Source: Cenarchaeum sp.
GTDB taxonomy: Archaea; Thermoproteota; Nitrososphaeria; Nitrososphaerales; Nitrosopumilaceae
DNA: 64,000 nt
Direction of reading: 5' to 3'
Assembly: GCA_965242695.1 (NCBI GenBank)
Contig: CBDESU010000001.1
Coordinates: 640,001-704,000 of the forward strand
Part shown: positions 1 to 9,267 of the stretch, piece after piece
Position numbering within the stretch: the first letter of the stretch is position 1
How the letters are laid out: the number at the start of each line of letters is the position of its first letter
Notes under the pieces: model-generated
Database searches by the model: none
Seen by the model: only the letters and a program-made list of their open reading frames with translations
Told to the model about the DNA's origin: nothing
Made by a program: the position numbers and the translations under genes

Positions 1-37
1 CCGGCAGGTTTAAGCGCGGGCCGTCGGGCGCAGGGCC

Positions 38-538
38 ATGGCGTTGCGGCGCGTGCACTTTGACACGTGGGCGTTCATGGAGGTGCTCCTCGGGGGCAAA
101 TACGCGGATATTCTGGAGGATATCATGCGGCGGAGCGGCCCCGGCTCGTACTCGCTGGTCGCGTGCCAGGCCGCGCTGGGCGAGGCCGACGCCGTCATAC
201 TGCGGCGCGGGAAGGATGCCGCCCGGATGCTGCTCTCGCTTCTCGCGCTGCTCTTCGACCACCGGATCGATCCCGGCAGGTGCATGCCACCGCTTAATGC
301 CGCCGTGTTGGCCATAGTCAACGAACTGATGGCTGCGGTTCCCGAGCTTGACATGACCGACAGGATCATACTTGCCCACGCCCTGGCCGATCCAGACTCT
401 GTCTTTTTCATAACGGGCGACACCAAGATGATCGGCAACGATGCGATCGCACGATACGAAGAACGGCTGCGGAATCAGGGGCGCCGTAGCGCAAAGCTTG
501 TGGTTGTCGATCCTAGCGAAGCATCCCGCGTCCTTTGA
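38..538 (+). CDS. PIN-domain (VapC-like) ribonuclease, copy 1 of left array
   Basis: PIN acidic tetrad pattern: VHFDTW, LGEA, DMTDRIILAHA, FITGD. TTTAAG box at 9-14. Confidence 0.8.
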   Translation: MALRRVHFDTWAFMEVLLGGKYADILEDIMRRSGPGSYSLVACQAALGEADAVILRRGKDAARMLLSLLALLFDHRIDPGRCMPPLNAAVLAIVNELMAAVPELDMTDRIILAHALADPDSVFFITGDTKMIGNDAIARYEERLRNQGRRSAKLVVVDPSEASRVL

Positions 539-1094
539 TCTCACCGAGCGCATCGTCGACGACCTCGGGGCTGCACGGGATCAATTCGAGCGCCCGGTTT
601 CTAAGCCTGCGCAGATCCCATCTTCCGTTCATGTTCAGGCAGAGCATCGTGGTAGCTGCACTAACCCACGCCTTGCTCCTGCCCTCGACCATGCCCAGGA
701 ATTCGCCCTCCCGGAACGACCCGGGCAGGACAGGCTCGGCTTCCTCGTACACGGCGCTGTCCTCGGCAGACAGCCGGTAGATGGCGTCTGCCATCTCGTA
801 CGCCGCCGGCCCGCCGTTGATGTAAATGTCAAAATCGAACCCCATGTCCAGCCCAAAGTACAGGGCCGTGTAGGCGTACTGCTGCACCCTGTCGACGACG
901 GCCAGCCCCTCCCTGCCGGGCGCGAGCGGGGGCCCAAACTCCATCAGGCCCCTCGACGCCAGGTACTTTATGAACCGGGCAAGCGGCGGCAGCATCTCGG
1001 CGCGGGCGCTCCTGCCGATCATGTCGAGGCGCTCCTCGCGCGACTTTCGGGGCGGGTTTACGAGGCGCTCGGGCAGCGCAACCGCAAGGGCCAT
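513..1094 (-). CDS. Panacea/SocA/YwgA-like putative antitoxin, copy 1
   Basis: RVQQYAY..YFGLDMGFDFDIYINGGPAAYEM resembles the LQK.vY...G..F..Y.yGP motif. ATG at 1094 with an AT-rich box at 1118-1123. Three paralogs. Confidence 0.6.
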   Translation of the reverse strand: MALAVALPERLVNPPRKSREERLDMIGRSARAEMLPPLARFIKYLASRGLMEFGPPLAPGREGLAVVDRVQQYAYTALYFGLDMGFDFDIYINGGPAAYEMADAIYRLSAEDSAVYEEAEPVLPGSFREGEFLGMVEGRSKAWVSAATTMLCLNMNGRWDLRRLRNRALELIPCSPEVVDDALGEIKGRGMLR

Positions 1095-1552
1095 GCCGGC
1101 GCCCGACACGCAGGCCCAATAAGGCTTTGCATGCGGGCCGCGCGGGATCTTGCACTGGAATAAGCCGTGCGCACCATTTCACCGCCGCCGCGATCCTGCG
1201 CGGGCGGTCGCGTCGCGACGAATCGGGACATGGCTGGGCGTGGCAAGCGAGCCGTGCCGGTGCGGGGTGGCGCAGGCCGCGCGCAGGCTGCCGCGCGTAG
1301 GCCGCAGTTACTCGCGTGGCCTGTCGGTCGGACCGCACGCCGCCGCCCTTTTCGATCTGCGGGGGCGGCAGCGCCCGCGTCCCCGCCATCGATCTGCGCC
1401 AGGGCCGCGGGCGCTGGCATGGGAGGAGGTAGGGCCGGAACCGCCTCGCTGCGCGCCGTGAAAGGCGCCGTTGCGGGCGAGTGGTGTCGCGGGATGCCGC
1501 TGCGCGCGGGCGGCGCCGGCAGGCTTGAGCGCGGGCCGCCGGGCGCCGTGGC

Positions 1553-2053
1553 ATGGCGGTGAGGCGCGTGCACCTCGACACGTGGGCGTTCATGGTGGTG
1601 CTCCTCGGCGGCAAGCTTGCGAACGTCCTAGGGGAGATCATGCGGCGGAGCGGCCCGGGCTCGCACTCACTCGTCGCGTCACAGGCCGCGCTGGGCGAGG
1701 CCGACGCCGTCATACTGCGGCGCGGGAGCGATGCAGCCCGGATGCTGCTCGCGCCGCTCGCACTGCTCGCCGACCACCGGATCGATCCGGGTCGGTGCAT
1801 GCCGCCGCTTGACGCCGCCGTGCTTGCAATCGTCAACGATCTGATGGCCATCGCCCCCGAGCTAGACATGACAGACAGAATAATACTTGCCCACGCCTTG
1901 GCTGATCCAGACTCTGTCTTTTTCATAACGGGCGACCGTGCCATGCTTAGGAACGACGACATACCACTATACGAGGAGCGGCTTCGGGCCCAGGGGCGTC
2001 GCAACGCAAAGCTTGTGATTATCAAGCCGTCCGAAACATACCACGTCTCTTGA
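1553..2053 (+). CDS. PIN-domain ribonuclease, copy 2
   Basis: 166-aa paralog of 38..538 with the acidic residues retained. Confidence 0.8.
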   Translation: MAVRRVHLDTWAFMVVLLGGKLANVLGEIMRRSGPGSHSLVASQAALGEADAVILRRGSDAARMLLAPLALLADHRIDPGRCMPPLDAAVLAIVNDLMAIAPELDMTDRIILAHALADPDSVFFITGDRAMLRNDDIPLYEERLRAQGRRNAKLVIIKPSETYHVS

Positions 2054-2609
2054 TCTCGCTGAACGCATCGTCGACTACCTCGGGGTCGCGCCGCGTCAGT
2101 TCCAATGTCCTGCTTTTCAACCTGTCCAGATCCCGCCAGCTGCCTATGTTCAGGTCCAGCATCGTGGTCGCCGCGTCCAGCCACGCCTTGCTCCTGCCCT
2201 CGACCATGCCCAGGAACTCGCCCTCCCTGAACGACCCGGGCAGGATGGGCTCGGCCGCGGCATATACGGCGCTGTCCTTGTCGGCGAGCCGGTCGATTGC
2301 GTCGGCCATCTCGTACGCCGCCGGCCCGCCGCCCATGTAAATGTCAAAGTCAAACCCCATGTCCAGCCCAAAGTACAGGGCCGTGTAGGCGTACTGCTGC
2401 ACCCTGTCGATCACGTCCACGCCCTCCATGCCGTCCGCGAGCGGGGGCCCAAACTCCATCAGTCCCTTTGATGCCAGGTACTTTATGAACCGGGCAAGCG
2501 GCGGCAGCATCTCGTCGCGCGCGCTCCTGCCGATCATGTCGAGGCGCTCCTCGCGCGACTTTCGTGGCGGGTTTACGAGGCGCTCGGGAAGCGCGACCGC
2601 AAGGGCCAT
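2022..2609 (-). CDS. Panacea/SocA-like putative antitoxin, copy 2
   Basis: Paralog of 513..1094; start set at MALAVALPERL by comparison with copy 3. Confidence 0.6.
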   Translation of the reverse strand: MALAVALPERLVNPPRKSREERLDMIGRSARDEMLPPLARFIKYLASKGLMEFGPPLADGMEGVDVIDRVQQYAYTALYFGLDMGFDFDIYMGGGPAAYEMADAIDRLADKDSAVYAAAEPILPGSFREGEFLGMVEGRSKAWLDAATTMLDLNIGSWRDLDRLKSRTLELTRRDPEVVDDAFSEIKRRGMFRTA

Positions 2610-2746
2610 GCCGGCGCCCGACGCGCAGGGCCCAATAAGCATTTGCATGCGGGCCGCGCGGGATGTCGCACTAGAAGGATCGCGCGTCACTTCACCGCCG
2701 CCGCGATCCAGTATGGGCTGCCGCGCCGCGCCGAACAGGGACATGG

Positions 2747-2786
2747 CTAGGCGCAGCTAGGCGCAGCTAGGCGCAGCTAGGCGCAG
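2747..2786. repeat. 10-bp tandem repeat (CTAGGCGCAG)x4
   Basis: Read directly in the intergenic region. Confidence 0.85.
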
Positions 2787-2841
2787 CAAGCGGGCCCTGC
2801 CGGTGCGGGATGGGGCAAGCCGTGAGCAGCCCGCCGCCACT

Positions 2842-2920
2842 GTCCGCGCGGTCCCAACCCGTTAGACTACCGCCGCCGTCCGCGCGGTCCCAACCCGTTA
2901 GACTACCGCCGCCGTCCGCG
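2842..2920. repeat. 36-bp tandem repeat, about 2.2 copies
   Basis: GTCCGCGCGGTCCCAACCCGTTAGACTACCGCCGCC at 2842 and 2878, partial copy at 2914; no spacer. Confidence 0.8.
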
Positions 2921-3116
2921 ATCCGCGGGATCAGCAGCGCCTGCAGCCCCGCAATCGACCGATGCCCGGGCCGCGGGCGCCGGAATGTGGGAAGTGGGAC
3001 AGGAGCTGCCACGCTGCGCGCCGTGGAAGGCGCATTGCGGGCAAACAGACTCGCGGGATGCCGCCGCGCGCGGGAGGCGCCGGCAGGTTTAAGCGCGGGC
3101 CGCCGGGCGCAGGGGC

Positions 3117-3617
3117 ATGGTACGGCGGCGCGTGCACTTTGACACATGGGCGTTCATGGAAGTGATCCTCGGAGGCAAGCATGCGAACGTCCTGAGGGAG
3201 ATCATGCGGCGGAGCGGCCCAGATTCGTACTCGCTGGTCGCGTCCCGGGCCGCTCCGGGTGAGGCCGACGCCGTCATACTGCGACGCGGGAAGGATGCCG
3301 CCAGGATGCTCCTCTCACTCCTTGCACTGCTCGCCGACTATAGGGTGGATCCGGGCAGGTGCATGCCGCCCCTTGACGCCGCCGTGCTGGCGATCGTCAA
3401 CGAGTTGATGGATGCGGTTCCCGAACTGGACATGACCGACAGGATCATACTCGCGCACGCCCTGGCCGACCCAGACTCGACCTTCCTCATAACGGGCGAC
3501 TATGCGATGCTTGAAAACAAGGCCATCGTACAATACGAGGAATGGCTGCGGTCTCAGGGGCGCCGCAACGAAAAGCTTGTGATTATCAAGCCGTCCGAAA
3601 CATACCGCGTCTCTTGA
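3117..3617 (+). CDS. PIN-domain ribonuclease, copy 3
   Basis: 166-aa paralog; TTTAAG at 3088-3093. Confidence 0.8.
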   Translation: MVRRRVHFDTWAFMEVILGGKHANVLREIMRRSGPDSYSLVASRAAPGEADAVILRRGKDAARMLLSLLALLADYRVDPGRCMPPLDAAVLAIVNELMDAVPELDMTDRIILAHALADPDSTFLITGDYAMLENKAIVQYEEWLRSQGRRNEKLVIIKPSETYRVS

Positions 3618-4173
3618 TCACGTCGAACGCATCGTCGACGACCTCGGGGTCGCGCCGCGTCAGTTCCAGCGTCCTGGCTTTCAATCCCTCCAGATCCCAG
3701 CCGCCGCGCAGCCTCAGTGCGATCATCGTGTTTGCCGCATCCAGCCACGCCTTGCTCCTGCCCTCGACCATGCCCAGGAACTCGCCCTCCCGAAACGACC
3801 CGGGCAGGACGGGCTCGGCCGCGGCGTACACGGCGCTGTCCTTGCCGGCGAGCCGGTCGATGGCGTCGGCCATCTCGTACGCCGCCGGACCGCCGTTGAT
3901 GTGAATGTCAAAGTCGAACCCCATGTCCAGCCCAAAGTACAGGGCCGTGTAGGCGTACTGCTGCACCCTGTCGATCACGTCCACGCCCTCCATGCCGTCC
4001 GCGAGCGGGGGCCCAAACTCCATCAGTCCCTTTGATGCCAGGTACTTTATGAACCGGGCAAGCGGCGGCAGCATCTCGTCGCGGGCGCTCCTGCCGATCA
4101 TGTCTAGGCGCTCCTCGCGCGACTTTCGGGGCGGGTTTACGAGGCGCTCGGGCAGCGCGACCGCAAGGGCCAT
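3586..4173 (-). CDS. Panacea/SocA-like putative antitoxin, copy 3
   Basis: 195-aa paralog. Confidence 0.6.
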   Translation of the reverse strand: MALAVALPERLVNPPRKSREERLDMIGRSARDEMLPPLARFIKYLASKGLMEFGPPLADGMEGVDVIDRVQQYAYTALYFGLDMGFDFDIHINGGPAAYEMADAIDRLAGKDSAVYAAAEPVLPGSFREGEFLGMVEGRSKAWLDAANTMIALRLRGGWDLEGLKARTLELTRRDPEVVDDAFDVIKRRGMFRTA

Positions 4174-4373
4174 GCCGGCGCCCGACGCGCCCGCCCAATA
4201 GGGCTTTGCATGCGTGCCGCGAGGATCCCGTGCCGGAATGGGAGGGCGTCTCTTTGCCGCCCGCGCGATCCCGCGCGGGCGCGGCCGGCGCCTCGCCGAG
4301 CCTGGGCCATGCGCAGCGGCGGCCGCGGCCGCCGCGCGCCGGCAAAAATAGGGAAAAAGGCAGCAGCGAAGCG

Positions 4374-5930
4374 CTACTGGAACGGGTCGATGAACGGGCA
4401 GTTCACGATGTGGTCAGAGTCCATGGGCCTTGCGATCGAGACGGTTACGAGGCCGTCGGCGACCATCGCGTCGATGTCGGCCTTTGTCTCGAGCAAGGAC
4501 GCCTCGGACGGGTCGCCCCACGTGACTAGGTATATCCTCCACATGGGCGAGTACGTCTCGTCGCCTAGCGCCGCTGTCGCGATGCCGGGCTGGAACCCGA
4601 GGGGCCCAGTCCCGGCGATGCCGTTGGTGAACTGGTACAGGTCGACGGCCGCCGGGCTGGCGATCATCGATGCGCTCGTCGGCGCGCTCACGACCCCCAT
4701 CATGTCGGCGGGCCCCGCGGGCGTCGCATCCGTTACGATATAGTACGACGTGCGGCCGTCGGGCCCCCAGCCCCTGTGGGCCACGAACGTGACGGTCATC
4801 GCGTCGGTGTCGATGTCGATCACCTGTCCTCCCCCGTACGGGGTGTCGTCTGCCAGCGCCGCGTCCTCCTTTACGGCCATCTGGCCGCCGGGCCACACTA
4901 TATGCGGCATGTTGAGGACTACGGGGAGCTCGGTGAGGACGACGTCGCCGTCGGCCTCTGCCTCCAGCACGTCTGCCTCGGACGTGAGCATGCGCGGCTC
5001 GGCCCCCTCGTTCCACGTGACGTGCACGTGGCCCGTCAGGGCGCTGTACTCGCCGGCCTGCTCGGGCGTGGACGTAAAGACCTCGCCTTGGTGGCCGTGC
5101 ACTCCGGGTCCCTCTATGCCGTTGGTGAACATGTACGTCGTCGACAGGGCCTCGTCCGGCGCGTCGGCCAGGACGGGCGCAAGCTCTACGTTCCAACCCT
5201 TTGCCTCGCTGATGATCTGCGCATGCGTCGGGTCGCTCGAGTCGGTCGTAATGTAGTAGACCGGCTCTCCCTCGTAGTATCCCATGCTCATGGGAATGAC
5301 GGCAGGCACGTTGGCCCTTGACAGGCGCAGCGTCGGCGTCCATTCTCCGTCCTTGTCCTTCATCTTGTCCTTGTCCTTCATCTTGTCCTTCATCCTCTCC
5401 TCGTCCTTGTACTTTTCCTTCTTGTCCTTCATCTTGTCCTTCATCCTCTCCTCGTCCTTGTACTTTTCCTTCTTGTCCTTCATCTTGTCCTTGTCCTTCA
5501 TCCTCTCCTCGTCCTTGTACTTTTCCTTCTTGTCCTTCATCTTGTCCTTGTCCTTCATCCTCTCCTCGTCCTTGTACTTTTCCTTCTTGTCCGCCATAGC
5601 GTCGTCGGACTGCTCGGCGCCGGGCGCCGTGGCCGCCTCGTTGGCCGCCCTGGCCGCCGCGATGCGATCGTCCGCGCTAGGCTCGGCGTCCCCGCCGCCC
5701 ACGGAGGATGCGCGCTCGGCGGCCGCCTCCCTCATGGACGCCTCGAACGCCTTGCGCCCGCCGGGGTACTCGGAGCACAGCCGGTCGCCGCACACCTGGT
5801 CCCGCGTGATGCCGTACGCCCCGGCCGCATGCGCGCTCTCCGGCGCGCCGCCTGCCAGCCCGTACGCAAGCCCCACGGATAGGAGGGGCAGCACTGCAAG
5901 TGCCAATAGACTCTTTCTCGTTGAATTCAT
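4374..5930 (-). CDS. Secreted protein with M/K/D/E-rich repeats and a duplicated C-terminal domain
   Basis: Signal peptide MNSTRKSLLALAVLPLLSVGLAYG; VCGDRLCSE motif; KDKKEKYKDEERM repeats; two YYI.TD...YS.. domains ending VNCP. Confidence 0.8.
   Translation of the reverse strand: MNSTRKSLLALAVLPLLSVGLAYGLAGGAPESAHAAGAYGITRDQVCGDRLCSEYPGGRKAFEASMREAAAERASSVGGGDAEPSADDRIAAARAANEAATAPGAEQSDDAMADKKEKYKDEERMKDKDKMKDKKEKYKDEERMKDKDKMKDKKEKYKDEERMKDKMKDKKEKYKDEERMKDKMKDKDKMKDKDGEWTPTLRLSRANVPAVIPMSMGYYEGEPVYYITTDSSDPTHAQIISEAKGWNVELAPVLADAPDEALSTTYMFTNGIEGPGVHGHQGEVFTSTPEQAGEYSALTGHVHVTWNEGAEPRMLTSEADVLEAEADGDVVLTELPVVLNMPHIVWPGGQMAVKEDAALADDTPYGGGQVIDIDTDAMTVTFVAHRGWGPDGRTSYYIVTDATPAGPADMMGVVSAPTSASMIASPAAVDLYQFTNGIAGTGPLGFQPGIATAALGDETYSPMWRIYLVTWGDPSEASLLETKADIDAMVADGLVTVSIARPMDSDHIVNCPFIDPFQ
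5350..5592. repeat. Coding tandem repeats (about 60-bp units built from 12-bp sub-units) encoding MKDKDK/KEKYKDEER
   Basis: Repeated ttgtccttcatc and ttgtacttttccttc blocks. Confidence 0.85.
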
Positions 5931-6140
5931 TGCGGCACGGCGCGCCGGGTCGCTAAAAAGAGTTGCCCCAGGTGCGGCCGGCGCCCGCCGCAGGGCGCCA
6001 CGCGCAGGCGCGCGGCCCGGCCATGCGCCGCCGCCGCAGGCGGCCCGTGCGCCGCCGCGCGGCCCGGCCGGCCAGGGCGCGGCGGCAGCGGCGATCGCCG
6101 GCAGGGCGGGTTTATAACGGGCCGCTCTTCCGCACCGGCC

Positions 6141-6518
6141 ATGTCGGATGAACGCAGCTATGCGACCATGATCTGCTGCATGGACGGAAGGATCCACGGC
6201 CCGCTCGTCGAGTGGACCCGGAAGAAGGCCAACGTCAACTACGTCGATGCGGTCACCGAGCCGGGCGCGGACAAGATGCTCTCGCACTCGCCAGAGGTGG
6301 CCGATCAGCTACGGAGGAAGGCAAAGGGCTCGATAAGGGCGCGCGGCTCCAAGCTCCTCGTGGTGGCCGGCCACGCGGGGTGCGCGGGCAACCCCGTCAG
6401 CGAAGAGCAGCACCGCAAGGACGTTGCGGACAGCGTAAAGGTCGTGCAGGGATGGGACACCGGCGTCGACGTGGTCGGCGTCTGGGTCGGCGACGACCGT
6501 ACGGTCTTTCCCGTATAG
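6141..6518 (+). CDS. Putative beta-type carbonic anhydrase
   Basis: CMDGR and GHAGC Zn-ligand motifs; TTTATAA upstream. Confidence 0.8.
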   Translation: MSDERSYATMICCMDGRIHGPLVEWTRKKANVNYVDAVTEPGADKMLSHSPEVADQLRRKAKGSIRARGSKLLVVAGHAGCAGNPVSEEQHRKDVADSVKVVQGWDTGVDVVGVWVGDDRTVFPV

Positions 6519-6575
6519 CGGGAACGCGCCCGCCCTTTTTCTGATTTTCCGCGGCATGCCGCGCGCGCGGGCCGC

Positions 6576-6683
6576 CCTGCCCTACGGGTGCGCCACGGCG
6601 GCCGATGCGACGTGGCATGAGGCACGAACCGGTCTCACACAAGGAGCCTGCCCTACGGGTGCGCCACGGCGGCCGATGCGACG
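6576..6683. repeat. 37-bp direct repeat pair (6576-6612, 6647-6683) around a 34-bp unique insert
   Basis: CCTGCCCTACGGGTGCGCCACGGCGGCCGATGCGACG exactly twice; duplicates the 3' end of the TauE gene. Confidence 0.95.
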
Positions 6684-7459
6684 GCCGCGGCGGCCGCGCT
6701 GCCGAGCACGACGTCGTAGGTTCCCATGAATATCTTGGCGGCGACCACGAACAGGACGCCGGCGACCAGGACTCGCAGGTACGTGTCCCTGACCCTCTTG
6801 GAGAGGCGCGCGCCGAGCATGCCGCCGGCGAACGCGCCGCCCATCATGTACAGGGCGTGCGTGAGGTTCATGTCGCCGAGTATCGCGTGCGCGGCAAGGC
6901 TCGAGGACGAGACGAACAGGAGTATGAACTGCGACGTCGGCGCGGCCCGCCACGCGGCCATTCCCATGACGACGACCAGGAGGGGCATGAAAACGACGCC
7001 GCCGCCGACGCCGAACAGGCTCGACAGGACGCCGGCAAAAAAGCTCGCGCCGGCGGCCATTACCATGACCAGGCCGGCGCGCCTGCGCCTGCCCGCCTGC
7101 CCGGCGCGCCTGCGCAGCAGCATGTACGCGGCGGACGCGACGATCACCATGGCGAAGAAGAACTTGAACATGTCGGGGGATATGTCAGACGAGATGAGCG
7201 CGCCGACTGCGATTCCCGGGACCGCCATGAGGCCTAGCGTGAGCCCCTCCCTGTAGTCGATCCTCTTCTGGCGGTAGTACGATATGGTCGACGACGACGA
7301 GTTTGCCAGTACGGCGAACAGGCTGTTGGTCGCCGCTATCGGGGGCGGGACTCCGGCGAGCGTGAGGACGGGGACGATGATCACGCCGCCGCCGAGGCCG
7401 ACTATGGAGCCGAGGGCGGCCGCGGCGGCGGCCAGGCCGGCCATCCACAGGTCGATCAC
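6653..7459 (-). CDS. Sulfite exporter TauE/SafE family membrane protein
   Basis: GSIVGLGGGVIIVP and SSLFGVGGGVVFMP motifs, multiple TM helices; GTG start with TTTATA at 7482-7487. Confidence 0.9.
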   Translation of the reverse strand: MIDLWMAGLAAAAAALGSIVGLGGGVIIVPVLTLAGVPPPIAATNSLFAVLANSSSSTISYYRQKRIDYREGLTLGLMAVPGIAVGALISSDISPDMFKFFFAMVIVASAAYMLLRRRAGQAGRRRRAGLVMVMAAGASFFAGVLSSLFGVGGGVVFMPLLVVVMGMAAWRAAPTSQFILLFVSSSSLAAHAILGDMNLTHALYMMGGAFAGGMLGARLSKRVRDTYLRVLVAGVLFVVAAKIFMGTYDVVLGSAAAAAVASAAVAHP

Positions 7460-7586
7460 GGCGCGGCCTGCGGGGGGGCCGTATAAACAGCATGCGGGCG
7501 GCGGGCGATGGGGCGGCCGCCGCGGCCTCGGGGCCTCGCGCCTGCCAAGCGAAGCCCGTATATGGAGGGGGGATGCGGCAGGCTGC

Positions 7587-8030
7587 GTGAGCGTTGCCGT
7601 AGGGACAAAAAGGCCGGCGCAGCGGAGCGCGCAGGCCGCATCTGGACTGGAGGCGGGCCGGGCCGGCTCGGCGCTGTCGCAGGAGGCCAGGGGCGACATC
7701 CACGAGGTGCGCGCCGTGCTCAGGGCGCTCATGGAAGATCAGCCGGCGCACGTGATGGCGAAGCTAAGGGCGCGCCTCGATGACCTCTTGGACGCCCGCC
7801 TGGACGCCCGCATAGACGACAACATAGACGCCCGCATAGACGCCCGCATAGACGCCCGCGTGTACGACCACCTAGACGATATCATGGATGCGCGCATGGA
7901 TGAGCGCGCGGCCGGCTTCAGGACCAGCGCGCACGAGGGCGGATACGACATAGTAGAGGTGTACAGGTACGATGTCGCGAGGCACAGCCCGATGTCCGGC
8001 AGCTGGCCGCGCGATCGGGCCTCCAAGTAG
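7587..8030 (+). CDS. Hypothetical protein with DARI tetrapeptide repeats, copy 1
   Basis: Duplicated at 8504..9010; GTG start with a TATA-like box upstream. Confidence 0.6.
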   Translation: MSVAVGTKRPAQRSAQAASGLEAGRAGSALSQEARGDIHEVRAVLRALMEDQPAHVMAKLRARLDDLLDARLDARIDDNIDARIDARIDARVYDHLDDIMDARMDERAAGFRTSAHEGGYDIVEVYRYDVARHSPMSGSWPRDRASK

Positions 8031-8073
8031 GCATCGCATGCGCTGCCAACGCAATCCTTTTGACGGCGTGCGC

Positions 8074-8181
8074 CCCTGCGGAGACTCCTCGCATGCTGGG
8101 CCGTCCCGGCGCGGGCCCTAGAACCGTTCGGAGGGCAGGGCAAGCCCTGCGGAGACTCCTCGCATGCTGGGCCGTCCCGGC
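8074..8181. repeat. 37-bp direct repeat pair (8074-8110, 8145-8181) around a 34-bp unique insert
   Basis: CCCTGCGGAGACTCCTCGCATGCTGGGCCGTCCCGGC exactly twice. Confidence 0.95.
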
Positions 8182-8503
8182 ACTTGATGCTGATGCGCCG
8201 CCTGCCCGCCCATGCCGGCCGGGAGCCCCGCCCACTTTAGGGATCGACCCTAGCTTGCGCCGCCGATCATGCGGCATGCAACGCCGTAGCCCGGCGTGCC
8301 TTGGCATGCCGCCCGATCCGCACCGACGCACCGCCTCACGGTCCAGATGCTTGCGCGAGCCAAGGATGTTGCGATCGGGTTGCTCTGCCCGATGCGATCG
8401 CGCGGGCCGGATGCGGCCTGGCCTTGGCAGCTGCGCGCGTGCGGGCCGGGCCGCGATCTTGCCAAGCGAAGCCCATATATGGAGGGGGGGTGCGGCAGGC
8501 TAC

Positions 8504-9010
8504 GTGAGCGTTGCCGTAGAGACGAAAAGGCCGGCGCAGCGGAGCGCGCAGGCCGCATCCGGACTGGAGGCGGGCCGGGCCGGCTCGGCGCTGTCGCAGG
8601 AGGCCAAGGGCGACATCCACGAGGTGCGCGCCGTGCTCAGGGCGCTTATGGAAGATCAGCCGGCGCACGTGATGGCGAAGCTAAGGGCGCGCCTCGATGA
8701 CCTCTTGGACGCCCGTCTGGACGCCCGCATAGACGACAACATAGACGCCCGCATAGACGCCCGCATAGACGCCCGCATAGACGCCCGCATAGACGACAAC
8801 ATGAACGCTCGCCTAGACGCCCGCATAGACGCCCGCGTGTACGACCACCTAGACGATATCATGGATGCGCGCATGGATGAGCGCGCGGCCGGCTTCAGGA
8901 CCAGCGCGCACGAGGGCGGATACGACATAGTAGAGGTGTACAGGTACGATGTCGCGAGGCACAGCCCGATGTCCGGCAGCTGGCCGCGCGATCGGGCCTC
9001 CTCCAAGTAG
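8504..9010 (+). CDS. Hypothetical protein with DARI repeats, copy 2 (expanded repeat tract)
   Basis: Near-identical to 7587..8030 with extra 12-bp GACGCCCGCATA units. Confidence 0.6.
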   Translation: MSVAVETKRPAQRSAQAASGLEAGRAGSALSQEAKGDIHEVRAVLRALMEDQPAHVMAKLRARLDDLLDARLDARIDDNIDARIDARIDARIDARIDDNMNARLDARIDARVYDHLDDIMDARMDERAAGFRTSAHEGGYDIVEVYRYDVARHSPMSGSWPRDRASSK

Positions 9011-9267
9011 GCATCGCATGCGCGGCCTCTGCACTCCACTTGGCGGCATGCGCGGGGGAATTCCATGCGCACTGTACTCGTCTAGGCACTTGATGCTGGA
9101 GCGCCGCCCGCCGGCCCACACTGGGCGCGAACTCTGCACACTTTGGGGATCAGCCCTACCTTGCGTCGCCGATCATGCGGCATGCAATGCCGCAACCCTT
9201 GCAACTTTGCCGTGGCGCCCGAGCTTGCCGAGCGCATCACCGCGCTAGGAATACACACTGGCATGTT

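Noticed and set aside
2842-2920. 36-bp repeat as a fourth 37/34 scar
   Set aside because: Head-to-tail tandem with no intervening insert; consistent with slippage.
6576-6683. Calling the 37/34 pairs conventional CRISPR arrays
   Set aside because: Only two repeats each, no shared consensus or GAAAC-type end, no leader and no cas genes; kept as integration scars instead.
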